A stretch of DNA of 64,000 nucleotides from a virus: positions 8,450 to 72,449 of the IMG/VR virus record IMGVR_UViG_3300031746_002125; one strand, written 5' to 3'. Under the pieces are notes generated by a model. The model did not search any database. It was not told the origin of the DNA and worked only from the letters and a program-made list of their open reading frames with translations. Below, one piece after another: positions 20,733-31,794 of the stretch; within the stretch, counting starts at the first letter, position 1, and every line of letters starts with the position of its first letter. The position numbers were made by a program, and so were the translations under genes.

Positions 20733-21431
20733 ATGATAAATTTAATTTGTGGAAAATTTGAAGAAATAGAAATTAAAGATAAAATCAATTTGTCTTTCCA
20801 TGATTTTCCCGATAATGAAAAAGTTAAATATGAAAATTATGACGACAATTTAAAAATTGATGATTATATTAATTTATTAAATACATGGATAAAAAAAGCT
20901 TGTTTAATTACTTCTGGACCCGTATTCATAAGTTTTTCACAAAAATATACATATTTTATAGAACAAATAATTGTTAATAATAATATTTCATTAATACAAA
21001 GAATTTACTGGCACTTCACCTTCGGCCAAGCTAATAAAAGACGCTATACACCAAGTTTACGTCCGATATACTGGCTTAACTCCAATATAATTTATGAAGA
21101 TAAAATAAAAATTGCCTCTATGCGTATAATCAAATATAAAGATAAGAGGGCTAATCCTTTAGGAAAGCTTCCAGATAATATGTGGGAATTCCCAAGAGTG
21201 TGCGGGACTTTTAAACAGAAAAGAAAGTGGCATAAAAATCAATTCCCAGAAGAATTAATGGAAAGAATAATATTGGGGCATAGTAAAGAAAATGAAGTCG
21301 TATGTGACGGCTTTGTTGGGAGCGGAACCACGGCAATAGTTTGTAAAAGATTAAATAGGAACTGTATAGGAATAGACTGTAGCCAATTCTACTTAGATAA
21401 AGTAAAAGAAGAATTACAAAAAATAAAATAA
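20733..21431 (+). CDS. N4/N6 DNA methyltransferase (beta class)
   Basis: HKNQFPEEL and VCDGFVGSGTTA (SAM motif); catalytic DPPY position reads DFPD; likely start MINLICG. Confidence 0.8.
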   Translation: MINLICGKFEEIEIKDKINLSFHDFPDNEKVKYENYDDNLKIDDYINLLNTWIKKACLITSGPVFISFSQKYTYFIEQIIVNNNISLIQRIYWHFTFGQANKRRYTPSLRPIYWLNSNIIYEDKIKIASMRIIKYKDKRANPLGKLPDNMWEFPRVCGTFKQKRKWHKNQFPEELMERIILGHSKENEVVCDGFVGSGTTAIVCKRLNRNCIGIDCSQFYLDKVKEELQKIK

Positions 21432-21446
21432 AAGAAATATTAATTT

Positions 21447-21965
21447 ATGGGTACATATAAAAATACTCAAATTGAATCTCGGCATTTAATAGAATATAAA
21501 AATAAGTTCTGGTCAAAGGTTAATAAAAAAACAGAAAAAGATTGTTGGGAATGGATAAGCTGGAAGACTAGGGGAAAATGGAGATATGGAATATTTCAAA
21601 TACATACAAAAAATCAAAAAATGCAAATTAGGGCACATCGTGCTTCTTGGTATTATTTTTATGGAGTTCTTCCTTCTTCGGATATATTTGTGTGTCATAG
21701 TTGCGATAACCCATCTTGTGTGAATCCATCACATTTATTTTTAGGAACGCCCAAAGATAATACACAGGATATGGTAAATAAAAAACGAAGTCCTCTTGGC
21801 ATTAAAAACGGTAAAACTAAACTAAACGAATTACAAATTAAAATAATAAAATATTTATTAAAAGATGGATATTTGACACAAAGAGAAATTGGAGAAATAT
21901 TTGATGTATCTCAAAGTACAATCTGGCAAATAGCTAATCGTGTAACATGGAAGGATGTAGAATAA
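21447..21965 (+). CDS. HNH endonuclease with C-terminal HTH
   Basis: CWEW, AHRASW, VCHSCDNPSCVNPSHLFLGT. Confidence 0.9.
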   Translation: MGTYKNTQIESRHLIEYKNKFWSKVNKKTEKDCWEWISWKTRGKWRYGIFQIHTKNQKMQIRAHRASWYYFYGVLPSSDIFVCHSCDNPSCVNPSHLFLGTPKDNTQDMVNKKRSPLGIKNGKTKLNELQIKIIKYLLKDGYLTQREIGEIFDVSQSTIWQIANRVTWKDVE

Positions 21966-22336
21966 TGGATAAAAAAACTTTTGAAATAATTGAAAAACTC
22001 CTTGAGCAATGGCAAAAATTATTAAAGTTAAATGCTAGGGCTTCGCTTGAGAAAGCATCCTTATTAAAAGGTGGTCTTAAAAAGAGAGTAAAATTAGAGG
22101 GTAAAGCTATTACTTTTGATTACAACACAACAAAAATACAAACCCAAATTCAAAAACAATTAATAGAACTATTACCAGAACATGAAATTTTAATTTTAAG
22201 CGAACCAACTGAAATTTTAGACTTTGACTGGAAGGTAGAAGACTATCTTGAATTATACGCGAACCATTATAATCTCGTTGTTGTAAAGTTATTAGAGACA
22301 GTAGAAAGATTAAAATGTCAATTAAACAATGTTTAA
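21965..22336 (+). CDS. Hypothetical protein, possible paralog of 25501..25818
   Basis: QWQKLL..LYANHYN resembles KWKQLV..IYARFN. Confidence 0.45.
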   Translation: MDKKTFEIIEKLLEQWQKLLKLNARASLEKASLLKGGLKKRVKLEGKAITFDYNTTKIQTQIQKQLIELLPEHEILILSEPTEILDFDWKVEDYLELYANHYNLVVVKLLETVERLKCQLNNV

Positions 22337-22563
22337 AGTTAAAATGTGCAATTTGTGGAGATCAAATAAAAAAAGAAAAGATAACTCTATTTAAAAAAAT
22401 AAATATTTGCAAAAATTGCGTTTATAGAATATTGACATTGTATGTTCATTTGAATCCAATAAATTTATTATGTCCTTTTTGTAATGGTAAAAAGAAAAAA
22501 ACAAAATGTAGTTATTGTGATATATCCAAAAAAATGGAATTGTTTAAATATGAAAATATATAG
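22315..22563 (+). CDS. Small Cys-rich (Zn-finger) protein
   Basis: Four CxxC pairs. Confidence 0.5.
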   Translation: MSIKQCLKLKCAICGDQIKKEKITLFKKINICKNCVYRILTLYVHLNPINLLCPFCNGKKKKTKCSYCDISKKMELFKYENI

Positions 22564-22571
22564 GAAATAAA

Positions 22572-23189
22572 ATGCCAAGATATTCTAAAGAAAGTATTGA
22601 TCATTTTTTCGATTATGGTTTATTTCCATCCAAGAGAATAATGTACATTGGATCGGCAAAAGAAGATTTAGATGGATCCGAATCTGGCATAGACTATTTA
22701 ATGACAGAAAAAACTATAAAAGGTGTAACATATCTTAATACAGTATCAGAAAAACCAATAATTATAATAATGGATAGTCCTGGCGGGGACTGGTATCACA
22801 GTCTTGCAATATACGATATAATAAAATCAACCAGGTGCCACATAACAATAATTGCCGTGGGATATTGTTGTAGTGCTGGATCTGTTGTTTTGCAGGCCGC
22901 TGATTTACGAGTAATATCCCCTAGCTGTATGTTCTTAATACATGACGGAACAACAGAATTATCAGACCATACCAGAAATGTAGAATCGCAAGCACAACAA
23001 TCTAAATTGGACAGAAAGAGGATGTACGAGATATATGAGGGAAAAATGAAAGAAAAAAATCCCAAGATAACAATTAAACAAATTGAAAAGTTGTGTACAA
23101 TCGACAAAATATATTCCCCCCAAGAAGCAATAGATGTTGGTTTGGCCGACGAACTTTTGGGAGATATTAATCTTTATATAAAGGAATAA
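22572..23189 (+). CDS. clpP: ClpP-like protease
   Basis: DSPGGD, GYCCSAGS (catalytic Ser), FLIHD, EAIDVGLAD. Confidence 0.88.
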   Translation: MPRYSKESIDHFFDYGLFPSKRIMYIGSAKEDLDGSESGIDYLMTEKTIKGVTYLNTVSEKPIIIIMDSPGGDWYHSLAIYDIIKSTRCHITIIAVGYCCSAGSVVLQAADLRVISPSCMFLIHDGTTELSDHTRNVESQAQQSKLDRKRMYEIYEGKMKEKNPKITIKQIEKLCTIDKIYSPQEAIDVGLADELLGDINLYIKE

Positions 23190-23218
23190 TTAAGTGGAAC
23201 ATATTAATTCAATCAGTT

Positions 23219-24175
23219 GTGATAAATAAAAATATGAACGCGACTGATACGTATGATATTTATAAAATAATATGTCTCATAAATAATAAATTTTATATAG
23301 GAAGTAGTATAAATATAAATAAAAGATTAAAAGCACATGTGAATTTATTAAAACGCAATAAACATCCAAATAAACGACTACAAAATGCTTGGGACGAATG
23401 TGGCGAGAAAAATTTTAAATTTGAGATTATTGAAACTGTCTATGACATAAATCAATTGTTGATAAGAGAAAAATGGTGGATTGACACTACCAATTGCTGT
23501 AATAGAAAGATAGGATTTAATATTTCTCATGATCCTCATAAAATCAATAATGGAAGATTTATTGATTTAACTGGACAGAAATTTGGGGAACTGACTGTTG
23601 ATAAATATATGGGACAAAGCAAATGGTTGTGTAGGTGCGATTGTGGTAAAGAAAAGATAGTTCTTTGCTGTAATTTAAGAAATGGTAATACTAAAAGTTG
23701 CGGGTGTAAAGAAGGAAATTTAAAACATGGCCATAGTCAAACAAAGATTTATAATATATGGAGAGACATGAATCAGAGATGTAATAATAAAAATAATAAA
23801 GGTTATAAAAATTATGGGAAAAGAAAGATTAAGGTATGTTATAGGTGGTCTAATAAAAATCCCAGAGGATTTGAAAATTTTTATAAAGATGTTGGCGATC
23901 CACCAAAAGGAAAATCAATAAATAGAATAAATAATAGTGTAGGGTATTTCTCAAGTAATTGGCGATGGGCAACAAGTGCTCAGATAAATAGAAACATGAG
24001 AAGCAATAGAAATTATTTTTTAAACAATAAAAAACAGTGTCTAGTAGATATAGCAAAGGAATACGATATTCATATAAATACATTAAGGCATAGATTAGAT
24101 AAACTTGGCTTATCTATAGAAGAAGCAATAACAAGACCAATAGACAAAAGATATTCTCACGGGAAAAGGGGGTGA
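23219..24175 (+). CDS. GIY-YIG + HNH-like fused homing endonuclease
   Basis: IYKI..FYIGSS..R..H followed by DLTGQKFG..CDCG and SINRINN..NWRWAT. Confidence 0.85.
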   Translation: MINKNMNATDTYDIYKIICLINNKFYIGSSININKRLKAHVNLLKRNKHPNKRLQNAWDECGEKNFKFEIIETVYDINQLLIREKWWIDTTNCCNRKIGFNISHDPHKINNGRFIDLTGQKFGELTVDKYMGQSKWLCRCDCGKEKIVLCCNLRNGNTKSCGCKEGNLKHGHSQTKIYNIWRDMNQRCNNKNNKGYKNYGKRKIKVCYRWSNKNPRGFENFYKDVGDPPKGKSINRINNSVGYFSSNWRWATSAQINRNMRSNRNYFLNNKKQCLVDIAKEYDIHINTLRHRLDKLGLSIEEAITRPIDKRYSHGKRG

Positions 24176-24178
24176 CTG

Positions 24179-24712
24179 GTGGATTTTAAGACTTTTCAGG
24201 AAGAATCTCGAAGGACGGCAACTTATCCTGGTTTAAATGAGTCTATTGAATATCCATTGATGGGGTTAATTGGGGAAATGGGTGAGCTTTCTGAGAAATT
24301 TAAAAAAGTTTTGCGTGACAACAATGGTGCGATGTCTCAAGATAGAATTGATGGAATAATTGGTGAATTGGGCGACCTTTGTTGGTATCTGTTCCAAATA
24401 TATTCTGAATTAAAGATTGATCTTCAAAATAATTATACAGAGATGTCCATTGATAAAAATAAATTAAATTCTACACTAAGTGTTCTTGTGGCCATAAATT
24501 GCTGCGTGTCAGATATAGCCATATATTGTTTGTCTAGCAATAAAACATTAATTGGTGAATTAACAAATAATGCAAATACTTTAATTTCTCTTATAAAAGA
24601 AGTATGTAGGTTATGTAATGTATCAATAGAAGAAGTTATGGATTATAATATTAAAAAATTACAGGATAGATTAAAAAGAGGAGTAATAAAAGGGGATGGG
24701 GATAAAAGGTAG
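24179..24712 (+). CDS. mazG: MazG-like NTP pyrophosphohydrolase
   Basis: GLIGEMGELSEK..GELGDLCWY..NIKKLQDR..GDGDKR. Confidence 0.85.
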   Translation: MDFKTFQEESRRTATYPGLNESIEYPLMGLIGEMGELSEKFKKVLRDNNGAMSQDRIDGIIGELGDLCWYLFQIYSELKIDLQNNYTEMSIDKNKLNSTLSVLVAINCCVSDIAIYCLSSNKTLIGELTNNANTLISLIKEVCRLCNVSIEEVMDYNIKKLQDRLKRGVIKGDGDKR

Positions 24713-25209
24713 TGTGGAGAGATATAATAAATTTTAAAAATAAGTACGAGATATCTAATGCGGGCGAAATTCGTAATAAAAATACTGGAAGAATTTTATG
24801 CCCAAGCAAAGACGGTAGTGGATATTTAAGAATTGGTTTGTGTAAAAACGGAAAGATGAAATCCTTTTCGGTTCATAGGTTGGTTTTGGAATCATTTATC
24901 GGTCCTTGTCCACCGGGAATGGAATCTTGCCATAACGATGGAAATATATACAATAATGATGTAAATAATTTAAGGTTCGATACTCATCAAAATAATAATA
25001 GAGACAAAATCAAACATAATACAATTTTTAGACCAAAGGGATCTAGACATCCTCGTTCAAAATTAAATGAGTTACAGGTTAGAATAATAAAATATTTACT
25101 TAAAGATAATAAATTAACATTAATGGAAATAAGTAGAATATTCTTTGTTTCTAAAAGAACTATTGAACATATTAAATATGGAACAGCATGGAAACATGTA
25201 GGAATATAG
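24712..25209 (+). CDS. NUMOD4-HNH endonuclease
   Basis: YEISNAG, VHRLVL, CHNDGN..NLRFDT, C-terminal HTH. Confidence 0.9.
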   Translation: MWRDIINFKNKYEISNAGEIRNKNTGRILCPSKDGSGYLRIGLCKNGKMKSFSVHRLVLESFIGPCPPGMESCHNDGNIYNNDVNNLRFDTHQNNNRDKIKHNTIFRPKGSRHPRSKLNELQVRIIKYLLKDNKLTLMEISRIFFVSKRTIEHIKYGTAWKHVGI

Positions 25210-25499
25210 TGTATAAACAAAATATGGGAACAGAAATAGAAAATGAAAAATCTTATCCGGAATTGATTCGTACATTCTTAAATTATTTCTGGGTATCTCT
25301 TCCAAAAGAGTGGGTCGTCGAAACTAAATTTGAAGGATACTTTTTAAATGTCAAAATTGTCTCCGACAAAGTTGTTGCCGGAAAACAATTTTATTTAAGA
25401 CGACGATACTCACACGATATAATGAAAAAGTTTCAAGATACCGTAGACGATCTGGCTTGCGACTGTGCGCAAGAAGTGATTTCCGCAATGAAAAAATAG
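25188..25499 (+). CDS. Hypothetical protein
   Basis: ORF fitting the operon; true start probably the internal MGTE. Confidence 0.5.
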   Translation: METCRNIVYKQNMGTEIENEKSYPELIRTFLNYFWVSLPKEWVVETKFEGYFLNVKIVSDKVVAGKQFYLRRRYSHDIMKKFQDTVDDLACDCAQEVISAMKK

Positions 25500-25500
25500 T

Positions 25501-25818
25501 ATGAACAAGCAACTAGTGAAACTTTTATTGTTTAAATGGAAGCAACTTGTTCCATATGCCTCAATACAAAGAACATTTATAGAGAATATTAAAATAAATT
25601 CGGAAACATCGTCGCCATTTGATATGCGTTGTTTTGATCCCTTGTTAGAAATTAGTGTTTTACAAGATAAAATTATAGAACAATGTCCAAAATTTTTATG
25701 GATTAAAACCGAATGTGATCTACCACAAAACCTATGCGACGACGATTGGACAGAAATATATGCAAGATTCAATTATATGCTAATAGAAAAGGTTAAAAAA
25801 ATTGTGTATAAACATTGA
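25501..25818 (+). CDS. Hypothetical protein
   Basis: 105 aa ORF abutting the previous gene. Confidence 0.5.
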   Translation: MNKQLVKLLLFKWKQLVPYASIQRTFIENIKINSETSSPFDMRCFDPLLEISVLQDKIIEQCPKFLWIKTECDLPQNLCDDDWTEIYARFNYMLIEKVKKIVYKH

Positions 25819-25837
25819 TAGGGATTAGTGATGATAT

Positions 25838-26425
25838 TTGAGAACATTTCTATACCACCTGTGGTCTAAATTTATAACCTTTATAGGCGATATAAAATTC
25901 TTTGGATGGAAACAACCATTCTGGTTCGTTTTTAACGCTTCGGGGTATAAATTAAAAGGAGAACATTATAGAGAAGTAATCAAATTAATCAAGGACGGTG
26001 ATATTCTATTATCTAGATCGTTACAATATATAGATACATATCTTATCCCTGGTTATTGGACTCACGCCGGGCTGTTCTACGGAGGAGACAAAAAACAAGT
26101 AATTCACGCAATAAGTGATGGAGTTCTAGTAGAGGATATAATTAATTTTATGAGAACGGACGAATTATTGATATTAAGGGCTCCACAAGAGCATGTTGAA
26201 AGAGCATTGGCCTTAGCCAAATCGGTGGTTGGAAAAGAATACGATTTTATTTTTGACTTTAATAATTCTAATAGGTTTAGTTGTTCCGAACTTATTTATT
26301 TCTGCTACCCCAAATTAATAAAACCGCGAAAAAAATTCGGAAAAACAATAGTGGTTGCAGACGACATATTGTATTCAAGAAATTTTGATATTATTTGGGA
26401 TTCTAGATTTAATGGGGGTCAATAG
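25838..26425 (+). CDS. Permuted papain-like NlpC/P60 amidase (YiiX/YaeF-like)
   Basis: GDILL, WTHAGL, YDF, FSCSEL (His before Cys). Confidence 0.8.
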   Translation: MRTFLYHLWSKFITFIGDIKFFGWKQPFWFVFNASGYKLKGEHYREVIKLIKDGDILLSRSLQYIDTYLIPGYWTHAGLFYGGDKKQVIHAISDGVLVEDIINFMRTDELLILRAPQEHVERALALAKSVVGKEYDFIFDFNNSNRFSCSELIYFCYPKLIKPRKKFGKTIVVADDILYSRNFDIIWDSRFNGGQ

Positions 26426-27037
26426 CGCCTTTTCTATTGACCACCCAAGTATATCAATCCTACTTGCCAAAGTTCCTGTGGGGAGGCCATGTTCTTCTTC
26501 AAAGGCCGACCTGCATTGTGTTTTGTCATTAAATGTTTCTAAACGATTACTTCGTTGATTTCTAGCCTGCTCTTTTCTTGTAGCCCAGCGGCAATTTTCT
26601 TTGCAATAATCTCCATTATTATCTATTCTATCAAGGGACATTCCTTCTGGTGGGTCTCCCATATCTGTGTAAAAGTTTGCAAATCCATTCTTTGTATTAG
26701 ACCATCGCTCACAAACCTTAATACCTCTTGCTCCCCAAGATTTCTTTCTAGGATTTTTACATCTGTTCTTCATTCCTGACCATACTCTATATGCTCTTGA
26801 TATTTTATAGTCTATTGTGTGTCCGTGTTTTAAGTTGTTTGTTTTATATTTCTCTATTCTTAAGCACCCACAGCTTTTGGTTGTTCCTCTTTTTAAATCG
26901 ACTCCAGTTGCAGAAGTTTCTTTACCACAATCACATTTACACAACCAAATAACATCCCTGCTTTTACTTCGTCCATTTTGCTTAAGAACAACTAGCCGAG
27001 TAAATCTCTGTCCTGTCAAATCAATTATTTTTCTCAT
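26375..27037 (-). CDS. HNH homing endonuclease
   Basis: [16 protein letters not shown]; [20 protein letters not shown]. Confidence 0.88.
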   Translation of the reverse strand: MRKIIDLTGQRFTRLVVLKQNGRSKSRDVIWLCKCDCGKETSATGVDLKRGTTKSCGCLRIEKYKTNNLKHGHTIDYKISRAYRVWSGMKNRCKNPRKKSWGARGIKVCERWSNTKNGFANFYTDMGDPPEGMSLDRIDNNGDYCKENCRWATRKEQARNQRSNRLETFNDKTQCRSAFEEEHGLPTGTLASRIDILGWSIEKALLTPIKSRIPNNIKIS

Positions 27038-27045
27038 TATAAACC

Positions 27046-27453
27046 TTAAAACACATTGTAAGGAAGTAGATAGTGGTCTAGATTAATTTCATTATAAACT
27101 AATTCGTAACCATCTTTCATATTTTTATTTTTAAAAATCATCAATTCTCTTATGGTTTTTCCACACCCAAAAGCAGCGAATGTTTCAATATTGGCCCCTA
27201 AAGATTTCTTCCATCCATTTAACAGTAAAATTCCTTTGCAAAGATTCACGACCGAATTCAGGTCTTTCTTCATGCAAGTATTAAAAGTAAGGTGAGTATC
27301 ATTTTCTTCCGCAGGGCTCCAAATTTTATACCCCCTGTTTCTTAATAACTTAGCCGCAAGACGGAAGGCCGGATAATTAAATTCTGGGAGCCCACTCATT
27401 GGTCCGGCTAAGTACCACTCGAACTTATAATCTTTCTTTTTAAACCACTTCAT
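27046..27453 (-). CDS. DUF4406 (nucleoside deoxyribosyltransferase-like) protein
   Basis: [32 protein letters not shown]. Confidence 0.8.
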   Translation of the reverse strand: MKWFKKKDYKFEWYLAGPMSGLPEFNYPAFRLAAKLLRNRGYKIWSPAEENDTHLTFNTCMKKDLNSVVNLCKGILLLNGWKKSLGANIETFAAFGCGKTIRELMIFKNKNMKDGYELVYNEINLDHYLLPYNVF

Positions 27454-27470
27454 AAAAATATCCTAATCCA

Positions 27471-28001
27471 TTAAATATGACCTGTATATTTATTATTTTT
27501 TATATCGGAGACTATTCTTTGAGAAATACTATATAGTCTTCCAATTTCTTTTTGGGTCAATAAACGTTCTTTTAATAATTTTGTGATCTCTAAAAATTTT
27601 ATTCTATTTATTTTTGCCCATTTGCATTTTGATCCAAGACGACTTGGAGGAAGTTTAAATGTCCCATGACCCTTGCTATCTTGCGAATTTTCTTTTTGTG
27701 TTCCCCACCGCAAATTGTTCAGTTTATTATTATTTGGATTACCGTCCAAGTGTCTACAAACAGCACCAATAAATGGTTTTGGTCCAACAAAAGTTGCGAG
27801 AACCAACTTGTGAATTCTAAAAGTTTTTGATATACTATTTTTAGAAAGACTAAGATATAAATATCCGTTTTTGTCTTCTGTTGGTTTTAAAATTCTTTCA
27901 TTATCACACTTTACACTTATTAATCTTTTAATTAACCCAAGATTAGAAGCTTGGTATAATCCAATATAATCTGGAATATCTTTCCATACTTCCTTGATCA
28001 C
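27471..28001 (-). CDS. NUMOD4-HNH endonuclease
   Basis: EVWKDIPDYIGLYQASN; CRHLDGNPNNNKLNNLRWGT. Confidence 0.9.
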   Translation of the reverse strand: MIKEVWKDIPDYIGLYQASNLGLIKRLISVKCDNERILKPTEDKNGYLYLSLSKNSISKTFRIHKLVLATFVGPKPFIGAVCRHLDGNPNNNKLNNLRWGTQKENSQDSKGHGTFKLPPSRLGSKCKWAKINRIKFLEITKLLKERLLTQKEIGRLYSISQRIVSDIKNNKYTGHI

Positions 28002-28103
28002 CTTATTCTATCCACCAATCTTTTTGTGTTTATTGTCAATTACACCAAAAACAAAAATTTTATAAAATAAACACCAGCCATACCAAAATATCATAATCTT
28101 CTC

Positions 28104-28505
28104 CTAATCCTCTATTCCAAAAATTTCTTTAACATTTTTCAATGTTTCTTCATAATTTTCGGGGGTGGGATTTTCTGGAACCCTAAATCCTTTGTCGTCT
28201 ATAAAAATATCTGCATTAGGTTTTCCATTTTCAAACCACACAGTATCATAAATAAGATTATTCGTATTTAACCAATCCTTTACCATGTTTGCTAATAAAA
28301 ACGGCGCAGTATTTTTGGAAACCACACTTGGTGAACAACGACAACTATGTATAATTATATCCCCAAATTTATGTAGCTCTTCAAGAAATTCTTTGGCTCC
28401 TGGTAGTGGGTCGCCAAACTGGTAAATGTCTTTCCATTGGTCGTATGTGGCAATAGTTTTATCTAGGTCTACTGCAATTACTAACCTTCTATTATATTTA
28501 CGCAT
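28104..28505 (-). CDS. HAD-superfamily phosphatase
   Basis: IAVDLDKTIA and GKPNADIFIDDK. Confidence 0.8.
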   Translation of the reverse strand: MRKYNRRLVIAVDLDKTIATYDQWKDIYQFGDPLPGAKEFLEELHKFGDIIIHSCRCSPSVVSKNTAPFLLANMVKDWLNTNNLIYDTVWFENGKPNADIFIDDKGFRVPENPTPENYEETLKNVKEIFGIED

Positions 28506-29724
28506 TAACCGTTTCTTTTACTATTTCACCGTCGCTGATAATAACCTGACACTCTTTGCCCTTGCCGACTCGTTCTATCCAGACCTGCGCATCCATTTTC
28601 GAGGCCATCTTGGAAACCATCGCCAGATTCTTCTCGTCAAGCAAAGATCCGTCTCGGATTAGAAGGATTTTCAATTTAGGATTCATGACCAAACCCATCG
28701 CAACCGAAACTTTAATCCTTTCACCCTGAGATATTTGATCGAACGGTATCCCATTAAACGTCACGGCCTCTTCGTCAAAAGCCAATCCCTTTATTGGGAA
28801 ATTAGCCTTTTCCAACATCTGTTGTTTAGTAGCGTCTATATTTATCAGAGCAAGAGATGCCGCTTCCGATTTTCCTCTTAGTTCCTGTAGAGCTATTTCT
28901 AAAAGCTTTTTAGCATCGTTAGCCCTTATCGACTTGTTAACTTCTTCGGCTGAATTAATTTGAGACTGTATATTAGATACATCTATCTTTTGGAAATCTT
29001 TTATGGTCGTTTCATCTTTTATCATATAGGTTTCTATCTTGGTTTTTTCTCCTGTTATTTGTTTAATTTGTTCATCTAGTTTTGCGATCCTTAGTTTATT
29101 ATGTTCCAAAGATCTTTTTGCATCATCTAATTTTTGATTTTCCGCAAGAGCAGACATTAATTTATTAGAAAGCGCCACAACAGACACTTCTTTATCTGGA
29201 ACATCCTTGCAATAAGAAATACTTTCATATTGTGCCTTGAGTTCTTTGCCCCTTCTATTAATATCTGTTCTGGAATCAAACGCCTCTTTGCGGCTCTTGT
29301 TCAATTCTGTAAAATCAAGTCCAACCAACTTTTTAAGAGTTTCAATCCTTTTCTTGTCATCCATTCTAAAAAATTCAGACGGATCGAAAGATAGATTCCC
29401 CACTATCTTGTCAAGCATAGCTTGTGGAGTAGGGAACGTAGCCCCTTCCTTACTCTTGACCACGAGACTGGTTCCATTTTTTGTAAATGTTCTTATTACC
29501 TGTATATCACCAAGGTCAAGAACAATCCTGGCCTTTTCTTGTCCATTCCTTATTGGTTGACCAGGAATATGCTTTGAACCACCAAGGGCGTATTCGATAG
29601 AATCGAGAATGCTTGACTTGCCATTCCCGTTATCTCCCCCTATCACGACCATGTTACCATCGGGCTTGATTTCAATAGCCTTAAGACATTTTATATTTTC
29701 TGCTTCTAACGATACGATTTTCAT
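28498..29724 (-). CDS. Rad50/SbcC-like SMC ATPase
   Basis: GDNGNGKSSILD Walker A, coiled coil, SQGE signature, LLIRDGSLLD; likely start MKIVSL. Confidence 0.8.
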   Translation of the reverse strand: MKIVSLEAENIKCLKAIEIKPDGNMVVIGGDNGNGKSSILDSIEYALGGSKHIPGQPIRNGQEKARIVLDLGDIQVIRTFTKNGTSLVVKSKEGATFPTPQAMLDKIVGNLSFDPSEFFRMDDKKRIETLKKLVGLDFTELNKSRKEAFDSRTDINRRGKELKAQYESISYCKDVPDKEVSVVALSNKLMSALAENQKLDDAKRSLEHNKLRIAKLDEQIKQITGEKTKIETYMIKDETTIKDFQKIDVSNIQSQINSAEEVNKSIRANDAKKLLEIALQELRGKSEAASLALINIDATKQQMLEKANFPIKGLAFDEEAVTFNGIPFDQISQGERIKVSVAMGLVMNPKLKILLIRDGSLLDEKNLAMVSKMASKMDAQVWIERVGKGKECQVIISDGEIVKETVNA

Positions 29725-30992
29725 TGTTCTACACCAATTCTTTCTCAACCGTTTCCATTAAATCTTTTGTAATTTCTGCTCTTTTGTTCATATCCCAGGT
29801 TTCTTTATTAATTTGTTTATTTTCATAAAAAACTTTATCAATTTGAATATTATTGATTATCATTGTTCTACCCACGTTTATCAGGGCGTCTTCTAGCGAA
29901 TCATTTGAACCACCTATTCTATAGATTGGAGGATCGTAATTTTTACCGGCTTCAAAATCATCTGTCCACCAATAATAACTATTTTCTCTTTTGTCTTCTT
30001 TAAAAATATATACATTCATTCCTTGTATTCCTTTATACGGATTTCCCTATTTTCTTAATACAAGATTCATTAAATTCTTCTTGAGGTTCTTCGTCTAGAA
30101 ATTCAAAGACTTTGGCTTTATTTGGTCGTTTAAAACGAGATTTTAGAATTTTTAAATAATTTCTTTTTAAATAAAGATAAACATATTTTTTATAAAGATA
30201 GATTAAAATATTAGATAAAATATAAATTGTATTAAATATACAAAGTATTTCAATTAACATTACTATTACCCTTTAATTTTTCTTGAGTGGTCCAACGCCC
30301 GCATCATATGGAGACTTGCCGTGATCAATATATTCGTCGCCCTTCTTTTGTTCCTGTACCATCGCATAATCTATTGCTTCTCGAACCGTAGCAAAAGTTG
30401 GTTCCATTCTCGGTCCACCACTAGTTTCAAGCAATCTCCACCCTCTTCCGGTAACAGACCATCTAAAATTACATCTTCCGGTATAACTTTTCTTGGTATT
30501 TTGGGCTTCGAGCCATTCCAGTCTTTGGTGGTCATTTTCAAGCATAAGATCATAACTATTTCTTGGATCTAAAGTATCATCACCCATTACTTCATTCTCC
30601 TATCATCTTTATCTGCAAACAACACATGGTCACAGTTATCTAATTTTTCTTTTTTGTCATTTTTATCATTGATTATATTTTCCGGCCAACTAAAATGACA
30701 TCTCAAACATTCTCTGCGAAGATGTTCTTTCAACACAGGATCTCCATCCTCCTTATATTCTCTAAGATAATCTGATGAAAATCGCACCTTTTCCATATGA
30801 TAAACTTTAACTTCTTCGTGCCCACACTTTGGACACTTAATATTTGGATTAAAATCTTTCATGCCCAAGTATCCTTCCCGCATCGTTTACAATTTTTGCG
30901 CCAAGGCTTTTGTACTTCTCCAATACCATTAGAAGCAAGACACGTTAGATATCTAATTGTCCATTTGTGGCCTAAAACAAGGCACCAAAATT

Positions 30993-31283
30993 TCATCCAA
31001 CATCCCCATTTTCTTTAATTTTTTGATCTTCGTAAGGGGCGATTAATTTTCTGGAAATTTCTGTCTTGCAACATTCGAGTGCCCCAATAATCGAATTAAA
31101 CCGAGCATAAGATTTTTCTCCTCCGATATTTGTGTTCGTTAATCTTTTCGCTATCTTAAAAATTATATAATTTAATTTGCCACAAAGCACATCATTGCCA
31201 CGATATTCATCCAATAGTCGTAATGTCAATTCATCTATCAATGGATCTAATTCTTTTCTTGCAGACTTTAATATATAAGGCAT
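30993..31283 (-). CDS. Conserved phage protein (DUF6899-like)
   Basis: MPYI..GKLNY..GALECCKTE..PYEDQKIKENGDV. Confidence 0.65.
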   Translation of the reverse strand: MPYILKSARKELDPLIDELTLRLLDEYRGNDVLCGKLNYIIFKIAKRLTNTNIGGEKSYARFNSIIGALECCKTEISRKLIAPYEDQKIKENGDVG

Positions 31284-31794
31284 CTATTTCCCCAAGATAA
31301 ACGATTTAAATACTACAAAAAGATCTACAAACCACATCCCTAGTTTTCCAAACGGCCCCCTAGTACATTTGTCACAAAAGTAGAATTCACGAAGAGAAAG
31401 ATTGGTTGCTTGAATAGGCTCGTTACATATTCCACATTTAAATACATCTTTTGTTACTGTTCTATTTTTTCTTTTCTTCGGTTTTGGTGGTGGAAACGGT
31501 CTATCTGGATTAACCTTCAACCAACCGTCCTCTGTCGCCGATTTCTTTCGTTTTTGTGAGATTTTCTTTTTAGCCATTGCTAACTTCCACCTCCTTAGTA
31601 ACTAGAGCAAGATCGCCGACCGGAAAATATTCAGGGCGATTTCTTTGCGGCCTACCCTTTCCTAGACTAAGAGAAACAGAAGAACCATCTTCTGATAGAC
31701 TCTTAATTCTACCCGCTTTACCAACTACACCAGAACATACGTCACACCGAACAACTCGAACAACTTCACCCACTTTAAAACCCATAAATTTCTC

